Shown here: positions 1 through 14,200 of the stretch, in pieces
How the letters are laid out: the number at the start of each line of letters is the position of its first letter
Numbering within the stretch: the stretch's first letter is position 1
Origin: Paraspadella gotoi
Taxonomy: Eukaryota > Animalia > Chaetognatha
Assembly (NCBI GenBank): GCA_051294375.1
Contig: JBJCIZ010000028.1
Span: 489,623-553,622 of the forward strand
Reading direction: 5' to 3'
Length of the DNA: 64,000 nt
Notes under the pieces: model-generated
What the model was told of the DNA's origin: nothing
The model's database searches: none
Seen by the model: the letters and a program-made list of their open reading frames with translations, nothing else
Program-made: the position numbers and the translations under genes

Positions 1-37
<37 letters not shown>

Positions 38-49
38 GACGCTCAATCT

Positions 50-121
50 GGATTAAAGATTTCGGACGCCGACTGCTATGTGCGGGCAAGAGGTTTGAGA
101 GAGAAGGAGAGAGAGGGAGAA

Positions 122-153
<32 letters not shown>

Positions 154-3100
154 NNNNNNNNNNNNNNNNNNNNNNNNNNNNNNNNNNNNNNNNNNNNNNN
201 NNNNNNNNNNNNNNNNNNNNNNNNNNNNNNNNNNNNNNNNNNNNNNNNNNNNNNNNNNNNNNNNNNNNNNNNNNNNNNNNNNNNNNNNNNNNNNNNNNNN
301 NNNNNNNNNNNNNNNNNNNNNNNNNNNNNNNNNNNNNNNNNNNNNNNNNNNNNNNNNNNNNNNNNNNNNNNNNNNNNNNNNNNNNNNNNNNNNNNNNNNN
401 NNNNNNNNNNNNNNNNNNNNNNAGAGAGAGAGAGAAAAGAGACCTTACCCTCACTCACCCACACCTTTCCCCTCCCCCCCCTCTCCGCCTCTTCCAGGCC
501 TTCTCCCCCGTTTGCGGCGGCGACGGCAAAAACTACTTCAGCCCCTGTCATCCTGTCACGGCCGGTGTCGTCGTCGGTCCGGTCGGTCGGTCAGTTGCGT
601 TACGTCCGTCGGTTCGGTCAGTCCGTCGGCCGTCGGTCGGTCAGTCCGTCCGGTCCGTCGGTCGGTCGTCCGATCGGTTCCGTCGGCTTCCGGTCAGTCC
701 GTCGGTCCGTGTCGGTCAGTCCGTCTGGTCCGTCGTCGTCAGTCCGTCGTGTCCGTCGGCCTGGTCAGTCCGCTCGTCCGTCGGCTCGTTCGGTCAGTCC
801 GGTCGGCCGTCGGATATATATACTACTCAATCCGGCAGCCGTCATTGGCTCGCTGCTGCCAAAGCGTTCCTGTATCACCTAGTACCCGTCGGTCCGTCGG
901 CCGCAGTCCGTCGGTCCGTCGGTTCGGTCAGTTCCGTCTGGTCCGTCGTCGGTCAGTCCGTCGGGTCCGTTACAGTCGGTCAGTTCCGTTTCGGTGCCGG
1001 TTGGTCTGTCAGCCGTCTTGGTCGGAGAGCGGATTTCTGTCTTTTCGATTTATACTTTTATAATTTTTTTTCTCTATAGCCCAGGCGCGATTTTGGGTCT
1101 AGAGTCTACGCAAGAATTATGCAGGTCAAAGGATGTTGTTCGGGAACCTCCGGATGAGAGAGAAATATCAATGAAATTCAAATTGCATTTTGGAAAAAAT
1201 CGGAAAAAAGATTACAAATAACACAGAGTTCGCGCTCCCGAAATAGTCAAATCGGTACAGTCCGTCAGGTTCAATCGATCAGGTTATCGTCGATAAACCG
1301 TACAAAGAACAACGTTTAACAGAATAATAAACAAAGGAAAATTAATTCTCAACAAACCTAAGAAATATAATCAACTTCTCCTGAATCTTGTACGGAAAAA
1401 AATCTAGGCGAATATATTCCATTTGGAGAGAGTGGAAAGTGATAAACAAAACCCTCCTACGTTGCCTTTTTTTATTTAAATTGAGTCATAATCCGGGAAA
1501 GAGTCTCTCCAAGCTAATATACTGCCATTTTACTCTCCTCTCTGTCGGTTCACTCCTCGGGTGCTTTCCTCATCTATTCCAACCCTCCGTCTCTTCTGCT
1601 CTCTCGTCTCTCTCTTCTACACTCTCCCTCTCGTTCCTCTCTTCGCTCGTCAATCCTCTCCCTGCTCTCTTTCTTCTGTTCTCTTGCAAAAGATCCATCT
1701 CGGCTTAGAAAATTGTCTGGTAAGGCGCAACGGAAAAAGCCTCAAGGGAGTCAACGACTCGAAAGGTTTTTATCGATTAAAACAGAGATCCGTCCGATTT
1801 TTACGTTTAAAGCAACTCCCCTCCTGAAATATTCCTAAGGTACAGCTAGTATATGAAGGATTTCTGAGTCGTATTGACGAAGTCGTTGCGGGAAGATCTC
1901 CGTCCTGTCGCCGCTGCAGACCCTGTGCCAAGCCCGAGACGCCCTCCCCGCAGCCGCCCCGGTTCAAAGATGGGCCCTCGCTAACTTTGGGAAACACTCT
2001 CACGCCTTCGAAGGCGCCTTGCTTAGAGTGTTAAAGAAGGGTCTCCGGACTGTGGAGAGGGCGACGTTATTAGCGACCGCACAAGAAGGCGAAATCGAGA
2101 GTGAGGAAGAAAGAAACGGGAGAAGGAGAGAACGAAATCCCAAAGCTGGCGACGGTGTAGGTTAATGTACCGAATCACTCCCGAATAAATTTGATGTAAC
2201 CTTTTCTTTTGCCTGAGCGTTCCCTGTGTCCAGGGGATTTTTACGGCAAAGATTATAATAGCATTCAACATGTGGTTCATGGTTTGATATGGGGATCGCA
2301 TGGGAGATCGAGAAGGCGGATCCCCCGGGGAGTATTAAGGTGAGGGGGGGAAAGTCAATAATCTTAATTATTAATTAACCAGCGAGCAGGCTACTTGAAT
2401 CTGGTCGTTTGGGGTTGATTTCAATCAAGTACTTTCCGGTGCTGTCCCGAAGCGGAGTCGAATTCTAAGGGACACGCACCAATGTAAATGCGCGATTTCA
2501 GCAGCATCCGGCGGGATCGTATGAAATCGATAATAGTGGTATCAACTGCATAGTCTATAATTTTATGATTTAGTGGCGTCTTTTTCATTGGGCTGTTCTA
2601 ATGAAATGGTATCGTGTTTATTTCAATAGACCAGTGGAGAAAACCTGGTAGAAATTAGTATGTCCATATTTATTTCGTATCGATATTAAATTCTTTTCTT
2701 GACGACTACTATGCGGTTACTTTGCTCGAGATTCATCACTGGTTGGAATCTCAAGCGGGACATTAAATATTTTTATGAGACTCACTGTTTTATCGAATAA
2801 TGCCTACACCAAACAAAAATACGGATCCTTTTTGACTAAAGCTGAGAGAAAGTAACATTATGGTTGACTCTGACATTTCGTTGTATTTACATCCGTTCAT
2901 CAATCCCGCCAGTTTTTACTATTGCGATTTAATGTATATTAATTTTGTTGGTTCAAATGCATCGTATATTTATATATTTTAACTTGACTATTAAATTTTT
3001 CAATCTCTATTTAGATTTGAAAAGAAAAATAACATAGGGTCTATACCACACAAAAAAATGGCTTTCCCCGGTTCAAACCCAAAAGATAGGGTCTAGCCAG

Positions 3101-6100
3101 ACGTGGTTATAATCGACAAACACGCGAGCACGCATTACTTTTGAACAGATATGATTCTTGAGAATTACGTTTTTTATAACTTTTGCCGCGGCTTAGGGAA
3201 TCTAGTGGCTTATTGTGAGAGCTCTCTGTTTTAGCTTACACTTGTTCTCTTATATAATGGTTGCGCTCGAAAAATTGGCTCTTCTTCTATTCTCGATATT
3301 GTATTTATTTTTCATTCTTATTCATCCGCGTGCTAGTTATTTCATACTATTTATAACTATAAGACGTTTTTGGGCATTGTTACTATTTCCTCTCAAGACC
3401 CGGAGAATTCATCGTGTTAACATTTGTATTTTATTCCCCAGAATTTATATATGGCGGAAGATAAAGAAATGACCAATCTGGAGGTGGCGAATTGTGAGAA
3501 ATATCCAAGAGCGAAAATAAAGAAAAGGACAAAAGATGTTTCTAATCATCTCAGACTCGTGGAATATCTGTGAAGGAAACTAATCTGAGTTAGCGATGGG
3601 ATGTAAAACCGATCACACATCACAATAGCAAACGCGCACACGAAACACTAAGCGTGATGGCGCCCGTCTGTCACAGGGCGGCGTTCTGGTGCCCGCCGGC
3701 GAGTCGAAACTCCCGACAGGCGTTCATCGTGAGAGGACGAGAGGAGAGACGAAGCAGATGCTGTGAGAGAGAGAGACGGCCGCCGAGCCAGTTTGGCAGA
3801 TGAGAGTGATGCCGGTATGGCGCTTCCTGTCTTTCGCACAAATCGGTGTCGGACCTCGCGTGCCAATCCTTGCAGCTGCGGTCTCCCTTTGGGCAGCATC
3901 CGTATAAACTTTAACATTCGAAGAGATAGAAGTCGAGATGAGAAAGGAAAAGGAGCATATTTGTCAAGAATATACAGTCGCAGAAACCGCCGAAGTCGAA
4001 CAGTGGATCACATGCAAATTCACGTCTTCGTTGATGCCGCACGGGAATCTCGCCCCCAGATCTAGAGACCGCGTGTGGAGGGGGGGCGAAGGAGAACATT
4101 CGTGGTCTTGGTAAGGGAGATGGGTGAATTTGTTCCACTCTCTTCCCAATCTCACTCAACTTCACGTGGTGTATAAGGGCCCTCCCTCTTGTTCTCAAAA
4201 AGAAGCATCTGATGGAAAATAAAAGTGTGTGCAAGTACATATGCAAGTACTGATAAAGAAAGAGCTCTCGTCGAGTGTGGTCTTCTCTCTCTCTGTCAAC
4301 AATAACTGCCCATAGAAATACACACGCGAACAATAAAGATCCTGTTGGACATAAAGAGACATACATAAAATTATGTTAGTGCCAATTAAAAAGAAAAGTC
4401 AACACAGCAAAGATAAAGAGCACAGATATAACAATAAACTTTAAAGAAAATACTCTAAGCTAACTGAAAGCATACATGAAACTGCTACTCACAAGATAAC
4501 GATCTCTCGCTCAACGTGACTCTTCTCAATACGTGACATAGAAAAAACTCATTGATACCATCAGATCGATCTCTCAGCTATCTCTCTTCTCTCTCTCTCT
4601 CATCTCTCTCCTACAGAAAGAAAGAAAAGATAAAGATCTCAAGATAGAAAGAATTAACAAGATAAGACAGAATAGAAAATGAATAAGAAAGTTCACTTCA
4701 CCGCCTTCATGAGCCATATCATATATTGTCTACTCCTATTCCTCTGATGGCGTTTTGTGTGTTAATTTTTGAGGAAACAACCGCGTTTTCATCTCCAAAA
4801 ATCCATAAATACAGATCTCGATATTTCGTCCCGAAAGAAAAGAAAGAAAGACAACAAAAGGAAAGAAGAAAGAAAAAAAATAAAAGAAAGAAAGAAAAAG
4901 TAAGGTGAAAAAAAAAAACCCTGCTTGCCTTGCTTGCTGCTCGCGAAGCAAGCGATTTATTCTTCGCGCGACCCAACCGGAAATGGATTTTTTAGCCCGC
5001 GCTTCCGCGAAGAGTTTCGCAAACCCTTTCTCCGGGGGTGGGGGTGGGGGCGGGGAGGGTGCAGGGGAGAATGGTTGGGGGGTTGAGGGGGGCGGGCAGG
5101 AGTGGCGATTTAAAAGTGGCCATGAGGTGTTTTTCGATGGAAGGAGGATGTAGGTTGTTAAGGGGATTCCGCTGCTTGACTTCGAGGGGAAAACCACCTT
5201 TTCGCTGAAGATCGAGTGCGAGTGGGCTGTGTCGAAAACTCCCGACGGAGACGGCGACGAGCGACGACGACGGCGACGACACGACCCGACGACGACGAGG
5301 CGACGATCCGGCGGACGACGGCTGGGACTGGCCGACGAAACGGCTGACGACGACGAGACGACGAACGCCGACGGCGTGACGACGAATCTCCTTGTTACCG
5401 AAAAAAAAAAACTGAGAAAAAAACGGTTTTTTTGTTTTTTTATTTGGACGCAAACACAAAATCAGCGATCCTGCAGCGGTTTAAATTTGGAAGGAAACCC
5501 TCATCGGACGTGAAGCTCACAATTCGATTCGTTGTGGAGCGCTAAACGGTTTTTTGACTCCGTGAGCGTTATCAATTTTTTCTCACAGGAGTAGCTCATA
5601 ATAAATACAGGTAAGTGAAACCGTAATGGAAAAACTATTCATGTAAAATAAAATCAAATACTTTTTTAATCCAACGTCAGAATCGATACGTCAAACCGAT
5701 CATCAATGGTAAGATTTACATTCATTTTTCAGATTTATTGCATCTCCAATAGATATATAATTGATTGTTCTTTACACTCTCATGTCGTTAACTAAACTCT
5801 CTCCACTCTCCAGCGACACGAAAAAATACCACATACTCTTTCCTATTCTCTCTTCATAATGCGATCTTTTTATATAGACGCAAAACGCTCTGCAGGCAGC
5901 ATCATAGCATTCAGCATTAAAATGCAGAGCAGCAGCCAGCCAACCAAAACATCAAACCTCTCTAATCCCCCGCCCATGAGCTTACCCATTTCCGTCGTAT
6001 ACATCTGTGACTCACTCACGCTTTCGCATCGAATATCTCCGCATTAATTCACGTCGCTCTTGTTTTTCTTTTTCCCTTCCTTTTTTTTTTTTTTTTTCCG

Positions 6101-9100
6101 GAGCTTTGCTCGGCCATCGGCATAAGCTCGACCGCGCGTCGGCAAAACGTCGGCCAAAAGGCAGCCGGTCGACTGAGACCTCCACCGGTCGCGTTATGAC
6201 GCTGTTTTCAGTATTTGGAAGTTTCTCGGACTTCGTAAACGGGATTCAGAGCTTCCCGGGGGTTCTTTTTTTTTCCGACGCAGGGAATTTTTCCACACCG
6301 ACTTTGCTTTTCTCTTTTCATTCTTCTTTTTTTGGTCACATTTTCTTTTCTATTTTTTTTTTCCCTGGTTCTCGGGGAAATACGAAAAGGTTATTCTTTA
6401 GTTGCGCGCGAGTTTACTCGCGGAGCAAACCTCTATAAGTCACTTTTTCGGGTCGGTCAGATCGGCCGTCAGTTCGGGTTTTTATATACCCACTTTACGT
6501 TATAAAAACGCTTATAAACTTGCCATATAGTTTGTTGCTCATTTGTTAAAATCAAATCTAAGCGGGAAGACTAGTAGCCGGCCCGCCTTTTTTGTTTTAA
6601 AGATCTTATAAACTATAAGTAAAAAGAAAAAGTTAATGCGGTTATCGCAACACTATTGGTGAACTCCGATATATACACTGCGCTTGTCCGTGTTAAAACA
6701 TCTTGTCTCGATACTGTATCTTTCTCATGGGGTGTTGGTGTGGAGATAGTAAAAGAGTAGTGTAGTGCGAGTGCAAACATGCATGAAGGCTCTGAAGAGA
6801 AGAGCGCAATGTTCCTAGTGGAGCTTTTCTCATTTTTAGATTTTCCTAGCGCTTTGGGTTTTTGTCTCACAGGGTCTGCCTTGTCATATTTGTCACTATC
6901 TTTTTTGTTGTATTTTAGCTTTAGTTTCTTTGTTCTCTTCTTTTTCATTCTTTATCTTTTTCTTTTCTTTCCTCTGAGTTCCATTTATCCTTATATCTCA
7001 CCCTTTCTTTACCCAACCTCCCTCTGTTTATTCCCCTCCGCGCCATTCCCCTTTCCATGTCCAACTTTATTCGCTCTGCCTTGTTCTCATCCCCCAACTG
7101 GACATCTTCAATCTTCAATGCCTATCCCTGACAACTACTTCCCTCTAATTCCAACCTTTTTTCACGGTTTCACAAATATTCCGATCTCTTTTCTTTTGGG
7201 TAAGAATTCCATACTGAGGTTTGGTAACATGCTGTAGTAGTATAGGCTTTAGTTCGCTTTCTTCTTTCCTCCTCTCGTTTTTTTTGGTTCTTTCTTCCGT
7301 TGTTTTCTTTTTAAGTATTCGTTGCATATTTTATCTATTCTGTCTTTATTTCTTTCTCGTCTTTCACTCTGTCTTTCTTGTCCCAGCCTTTTAATCTTCG
7401 TAAATCTCAACGACTTCACTTAAAAAAAGGCAAAATTCTCTATAAATGCCTCATATTTTATCTTCTTCCGTTCACTGCTTTCTGCGGATGTCTATTATTA
7501 TGTAAGGCGTTTTTTTTTCCACCTTTTTATTGCGGAGAACGAGACTAAAAGGCGCCATACCTCTCTCCCGTATGTAATTTGAAGTCTCAAAACGCTCTTT
7601 CCATATATTCGCCGCCCTTTTTTTCCGGATGTACGATAATCGCTTCCGGTCGACAATCTAAATTTTATAAGATCTTTCGTAGTTTTTTCTTTTTTCATCT
7701 CATTTTTCCTTCCCGTTAGTCGTTTTTTCAGCTTCCGCGTTTCATCTGACGGACACGTTTCAATTTTGGTTGCCACGTTCGTAGTTATAGATACTAGTTT
7801 AACTAACTGTTGTTGTTTAACTAACGTTCGCCAAGGGCTACTTATGAACGCGTCAACTTTTTTTCCTGCGTAAAAATTTAACAAAAAAAATTTCTCGTTC
7901 CATAACATCCCTTTACGTTTCCCCCCCATGTTTTCTGTTCGAAATAAAAAATCTAGCCCCACCTCTGGTGTAGGATGATTTAGCGCCCATTTGCTCGGTT
8001 TTATGTATAATACTTTGAATCCTCGGAAAAGCGGGGTAGAAAACCATAAACTGCGGGAAAAACCCCGAATCACAACATCGACAACCGGGCGCACGCTTTC
8101 CCATTATTCTTCGGTTCCCCTCCCCTTTAACTAAAGAAAAGTTGTGCTTTGGTCCATTTGTCTATTTCTACTATATTTTATATTAAATGATTATTTGTAA
8201 TATTTTGAAAAAAAGAAAAAAATGGACCGCGTGGTAGTGTCAGAAATAAATTTTGTTAATGGTTTAAGAAAAAAATAAAAATATTTAATAATTATAAATA
8301 ATATTAATTACTTTGTGCTTTCTTGTTTTCGAAAAAAACGTCTCCATTTTTTCCGTTTTCTCAATCCCGAAAACTTTTTTTAAGATTATTTTTTGTTTTG
8401 ATTGATCATATAATTTTAACTAGCTTCAAACTTATTACCCAAATTTTTTTTTTTTTTTTATTTTTTTAAATCGCATTTCAACTACTGATTAATCCTAAAC
8501 TTTTATTTCTAAGCCTTATTTTCTCATCTTAAAATATATTAAAATATTTTAATATAACGCACAAAAATATAGTGACGCTAACTATAGATGATGATTCCGC
8601 TTTGCGGCGAATTTGAGGAAAAAAAAAAGTGCGAAAAACGGAAAAATTTTTGGAGGCTTACTCCGCCATCTCGAGTTATATACTCTGTCATGATATGAGA
8701 CCGTTGTAAAAATTTCCGGCGCCTCCAGCGTATCCGCGTCAAATCCCTCGATTAATATTTTTTTTTTAATACTTTTTTCTCTCCCGCTTTGTGAAATTTC
8801 ATTTTATCATTTTTATCTGACCTTTTTTGCACTTTTCTTCTCCTCGACGTCGCTGAGTCAATTCGGACAGACGGCCGTAACCCACCAGAACATTTCCGAA
8901 TGAAAATGGATATTTGTCTTGTGTCAGTTTAATATCCCTCTCTCGAAAAAAATACGAGATAATCAGACAGGAGCGCTAATTAGATAAATATATAAGTATA
9001 ATGTCTTTCTTTTTAAAGCTTTGGGTCGTCCGACACGCTTCATCTCGGTGAGTGTTGGCGAGCGTCTTGAAATTAACCCAGTAAAACTGATGGTAGCCCA

Positions 9101-11173
9101 AACCATCTCTTCCACCTTTGTATAAACTCCGGGGTTCATGGAGTTTCTCTCGAGGTTAGGAGATTAGTCATAAGTAGATTAGTATTAGAGATTAGTGTTA
9201 GAGATTGTTTAGTGTTGGAGGATTCGATATAAGAGAAAAAATTGAAAACAAAAAGAGAAATGGAATTCAAATTCACGCCCACAATGGCATCTCTTGCCCG
9301 AGAAACCGCACATGTCCAAAAATAAACATCTTCGTTCCACTCGTTTATTTGTATCGAAATGAAATTTGGTATACCTCTACTCCTCATGCCGTAGTGGTAC
9401 CCGAGATCGAGTGTTTCCTTCCCTCATTTCCACAAATTGCGGGTGGTGCACTCCTCACTCTTCCCAGCCACCCACATCACCCACCACTCCTCTCAAGACC
9501 CCCAACCACCCCCAAACGCTACGAGTGCCATTTTCCTCGCCATTCTCGTCCACCGCGCCGTTCCCGTTATACACTCGTTGACGTTGGCACTCGCCAGCCG
9601 GATCAGCGCGATCCGTAACCAACGAAAAACGTGAAACATTTCAACGCTTGATATATACTGATATATATATATGTATATATTATACCTTCGATCGACTACG
9701 ATATTTTTGTCATTGAAATATACCTCTGAACTGGCACGACAAAAAAAGATAGCCACTTTGCTGNNNNNNNNNNNNNNNNNNNNNNNNNCCGCCGACGCTT
9801 CTTCAACTGTTCCTGCGTCGGAGATGGAGACGGCGTCGCCGTCGAAGGTGAGTCATTGTCGGTCGGTCGGTCGGTNNNNNNNNNNNNNNNNNNNNNNNNN
9901 NNNNNNNNNNNNNNNNNNNNNNNNNNNNNNNNNNNNNNNNNNNNNNNNNNNNNNNNNNNNNNNNNNNNNNNNNNNNNNNNNNNNNNNNNNNNNNNNNNNN
10001 NNNNNNNNNNNNNNNNNNNNNNNNNNNNNNNNNNNNNNNNNNNNNNNNNNNNNNNNNNNNNACGTCGTCGGGAATTGCCACAAGTTAACCTCGCCTATGA
10101 TTATACAACCTTCAGTCGTGGCTCCATAAGTAAAACAATCAGCTCATTACCGTTAGGTATCGTGTTCAATCTCAACCCGGTGTCTACCCTGCGGGAAGCG
10201 TGAGGACGGCCGTAAACCGCTTTGGTGGCCTTTGAAAGTCCTTAAGCCGGGTTCCAAGCCCAGGACCCGTTCGAAGCCTGCTAGAGGTGGTTAAAGAAGT
10301 CTCGAATAGCACTATTCACCCCCGCATAAGGCTTTTTTTCACATGCAATTGATTTTTTTTATATAATTTCAACTTGTTCGACCGGATAATTAGTAATCTA
10401 ATTATTAATTACACAGCGAGACCCTGCCTGCGTGATTTCAATCAAGACTCTATGTACCACAATGACGGTATAATTTATCCGCTAATTTATTCGCTTCTCT
10501 TTCAATGAAATGGTATCGTGTTTTAATCAACATTTTTATTCGTATAAAATTTTCACTATCATCACTAGCTTATTAGCATCGAAATACAAGGATCTTAGCG
10601 ATTTAAAATATATATTTATATATAATTCAATATATTTAAAAAAAATTAAACATGTACAAAAAAGTATCGACTGTCAAATTTTGACAAATTTTTCTCCTAA
10701 CGAGTTTGAGCAAGCTATGCCGAATCTTAATTAATTAATTAATTAATTCATGTAATATTAATCAATTAATATGGGCCACTGGAGGGGCGACCGACATAAC
10801 GACAAAGTTAATCTCAGACCCGGAATCTGTGATAATCTGATCCGATTAAAAACCGATCATTTTACACAAAACAAACGCCAACGAAACTAAGATGGCGCCC
10901 GTCACAGCGTTCGTCCCCGCGCTCCCTCTTGAGGCCGCACCAGTTGACGATGCCGGCGCTCCTCTCGCCTGAGCTCGGTTTGGCGGAACTTCTCTCGCGG
11001 CGGCGAAAAGCTGAAAAAATTCGGTTTTTAAGTTATTTGTTAACTCTCTCCCAATCTCACTCACTCACTTTCACTCTTTCCCTCTCTCTCTCTCTCTCTT
11101 CTCTCTGTCAATCTCAACTCACCCCACTTCTACTCTTTCCTCTCTACTTTCCCTCTCTCTCATCTCTCTCTCG

Positions 11174-11211
<38 letters not shown>

Positions 11212-14200
11212 TCCTCTCTCTCTCTTCCCCTCATCTCCTCTCTCTCTCCTTCTCTTCATCTCTCTCTCTATTCTGCTCCTCTCTATCTCTCTCGTTCTCT
11301 CAACTCAACCGCCTTCATAGCCTCGATGTTGTCGTACTCTACTCCTCTGATGGCGTTGTTGTAATTGAGAACAACCGCGTTTTCATCCAAAATCTCTTCG
11401 ATCTCGATATCGTCCCCGAGGTCCACCCTTTCTCCGGGTTTGGGCGAGCAATTCTTGAAGAACTCCCTGTAGGATCCTTGGTTAACGACGAGTCCTCCCT
11501 TCCTCGTTATCTTCAGCTTCGTTGTCGGACGTCTAGCCATCTAAAGGGAGGGCGAAACATTCTCGGCTTGTCTTATTCATTTTAATTAAGATTATTGAAT
11601 ATTTTGAAAAAAAAGGGACCCGTTGTGTTAATGTAAGAAAAAATAAAAAAAAAATACGGCTCTTGTTTCGAAAAACGTCCCATTTCCGTTTCTCAATCCC
11701 GAAACTTTTTTTAAATTATTTTTTTTTTATTATCATATAATTTTAATCTACCAAAACTATTACCCAATTTTTTTTTTTTTTAAATCGCATTCACTAACTA
11801 TAATCCTAACTTTATTCTTAACCTATTATTCAATCTCAAATTTAATATTTAAAACAAAAAATAATTTGAACGCTAATATAAGATGAAATTGGGCAATTTG
11901 AGAAAAAAAAAGGTGGAAAAAGGTATCGGCATCCGAAATCAAGTTGTAATAATTAGGCCTTCAACTTGCGTCAAATGGTGTAATATTTTTTTTTTTAATA
12001 CTTTTTTCTCTCCCTTGAAATTTCTTTTATCAGTTTTTATCTGACCTTTTTGACTTTTCTTCTTCCTCGAGTCGCTGAGTCAATTCGGAAGCGGCGTAAA
12101 TAAATTTCCGAATGAAATGAAATTTTGTTTGTTCAGTTTTAATATCGAATTTCAAACTAGAGAAGGCTAATGAAAATAAGTTTAAACTCGGACAAGACAC
12201 GTCATCTCGGTTGAGTGTTGGCCCAACACTGTTGGGGTCATGGATTCCGGTTAGAGATTAGTATTAGAGATTAGTATTAGAGATTAGTGTTAGAGATTAG
12301 TTTAGTTTGAGGATTCGATTATAAAAAAAAAATTGAAAACAAAAAAGAAATGGAATTCAAATTCACGGCCACATGGCTCTCTTGCCCGAGAACCGCACAG
12401 TCCAAAAATAAACATATTCGTCACTCGTTTTATTTTATCGATAATGAAATTTTGTCCACAATGCGTGGGCGGAGATCGAGGCTTCGGCGTTCCCGTTAGA
12501 ATTTGAGTTGGCCACGATGGTATAAAAAAACTGAAACGATTTCAAGTTGATATATACTGATATATATATATATATATTGATATTGATATTGATATATACT
12601 CTGCGGCACAAAAAAAAGTAGCCACTTTTCCACATGGAAATAACCGTATGGGATAGCAGAATTTTACAAACATATAGAAACAAAAAACAACGGTTTTTGA
12701 AAGATAAAGATAAACTCATTTTCTCAATTATTTCATTCCATCTTGAAATTTCCTTTTTTCTCTTTATCTGTTATCATCTCACCTTTGCACTTTTTTTTTA
12801 GTCGGAGCGTCGAGTGTCGGACTGGAATGGATGTTGAGTTTATTATTCACTATTTTTCTTTATTTATTATTTATTTATTTATTATTTATTTATTATTCAC
12901 TATTTTTCTTCACTTTTTCCAAACTTGTTTTAATTCGAAATCTATCCGTCCCATAGTTGAGTAGAGGGCCGAAAGCCAAGATATTCGGACGATAAGTCTT
13001 CAGCCCACTACTGAACGAGCAATTGTCTCCAGAAAGAACCGATAGGTTTCGCCAACATGCACCGTTTCCTCATCATTTCTCCTCATCCTCCTCCCCCTCC
13101 TCCCAGAGATCCAGGCTCGAGTCCAGGGTTTAGGTTTTTCATTCGCACTCTTTCCTCTCTTTCTCTCTCACCGTCCCTCTCCCGTTCAGTCTCTGTTACC
13201 ATTTTTTTTTACCGCCGATTTAGCCGCTTACAATATATATTCCTTTCCCACCATTTTCCCCTTTCTTTACTTAACTAGATTTCAGTCAGACTTACCCGAC
13301 CTTAGTTAGAGTGGCGCCCAATGTGGGGCTCGAACCCACGACCCCAGGATTAAGAGTCCTGTGCTCTACCGAAATTTAAAAAAATGAGATCGACTACCTA
13401 ATGTTAGGCGTCGCCGCTTTCTTCAACGGAGACCCCCGGTCATGGGTTCGTCGTTCGGTGGCGCTGCCGTTTCTGCGTTCCCGTTAGGATTTGAGTTGGC
13501 TTGAGCTCCGACGGTTTGGAAGAACTGGAAGGAGCAAGTGGATCGTTATAATTTAAATTTTTTGGTTTTTGGTTTTTTCTTAATTTTAAGTTTTATGACT
13601 TTTTTTTACAATTTTCCTTTTNNNNNNNNNNTTCAAATTATAAACACGGTCATTCTTGGATTCGATGACCATCTCTCTGTTGACTCGATTGACGGCCGGA
13701 GTCGGAGCAGCTGCCGGAGCAGTTGCCGGAGCAGTTGCCGGAGCAGGTCCACCTGGTCCCTCGGGTACGCCGTTACGGAAGTGTTGATTGGATATGTTTT
13801 TATTGAAATATTGACAGCCTTCGCTCTTGATGGTCATTTTATCTTTCGGAGCTTCCTCCATTTTTATACTGAGGGAGAGAGAGAGGGAGGGAGAGAGAGA
13901 GAGAGAGAGAGAGAAAAACACAGAGTTACAGAAAAAAATTAATCTCATTTCAATTTCTCTTTGTCAGAATTGCTATAAATTTTGAAATTTTTTTATTACC
14001 TCATTTTAAATTTGGCCTCACCTGTAAGCTTTTATCTCGGTGCTGCGTTTTCGCTGCGACGCCGCTACTTTGCCGCTGCGCTGAAGTCGAAAGCTGCGGA
14101 GCGGCGGAGATGCAGAAAATGATATGTATTTATAAAGTGATATTTAAGCAAATTGATGAAAAAAAAAAACAAAAACTGTTTTCCAACAAAAATTTTAACA

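Noticed and set aside
1050-9760. Additional paralogue or pseudogene of nested module 3
   Set aside because: The differences are random insertions across exon and intron alike, consistent with a noisy read of 10.1-12.6 kb.
9789-10085. Possible fourth repeat module on the minus strand
   Set aside because: The plus strand gives FFNCSCV...AVEG with a GTGAGT donor in phase with the next SLCO exon, which explains the sequence better.
13312-13329. Primer-binding site of an LTR element
   Set aside because: No upstream LTR ending in CA and no downstream gag; complementarity extends 61 nt, well beyond a PBS.
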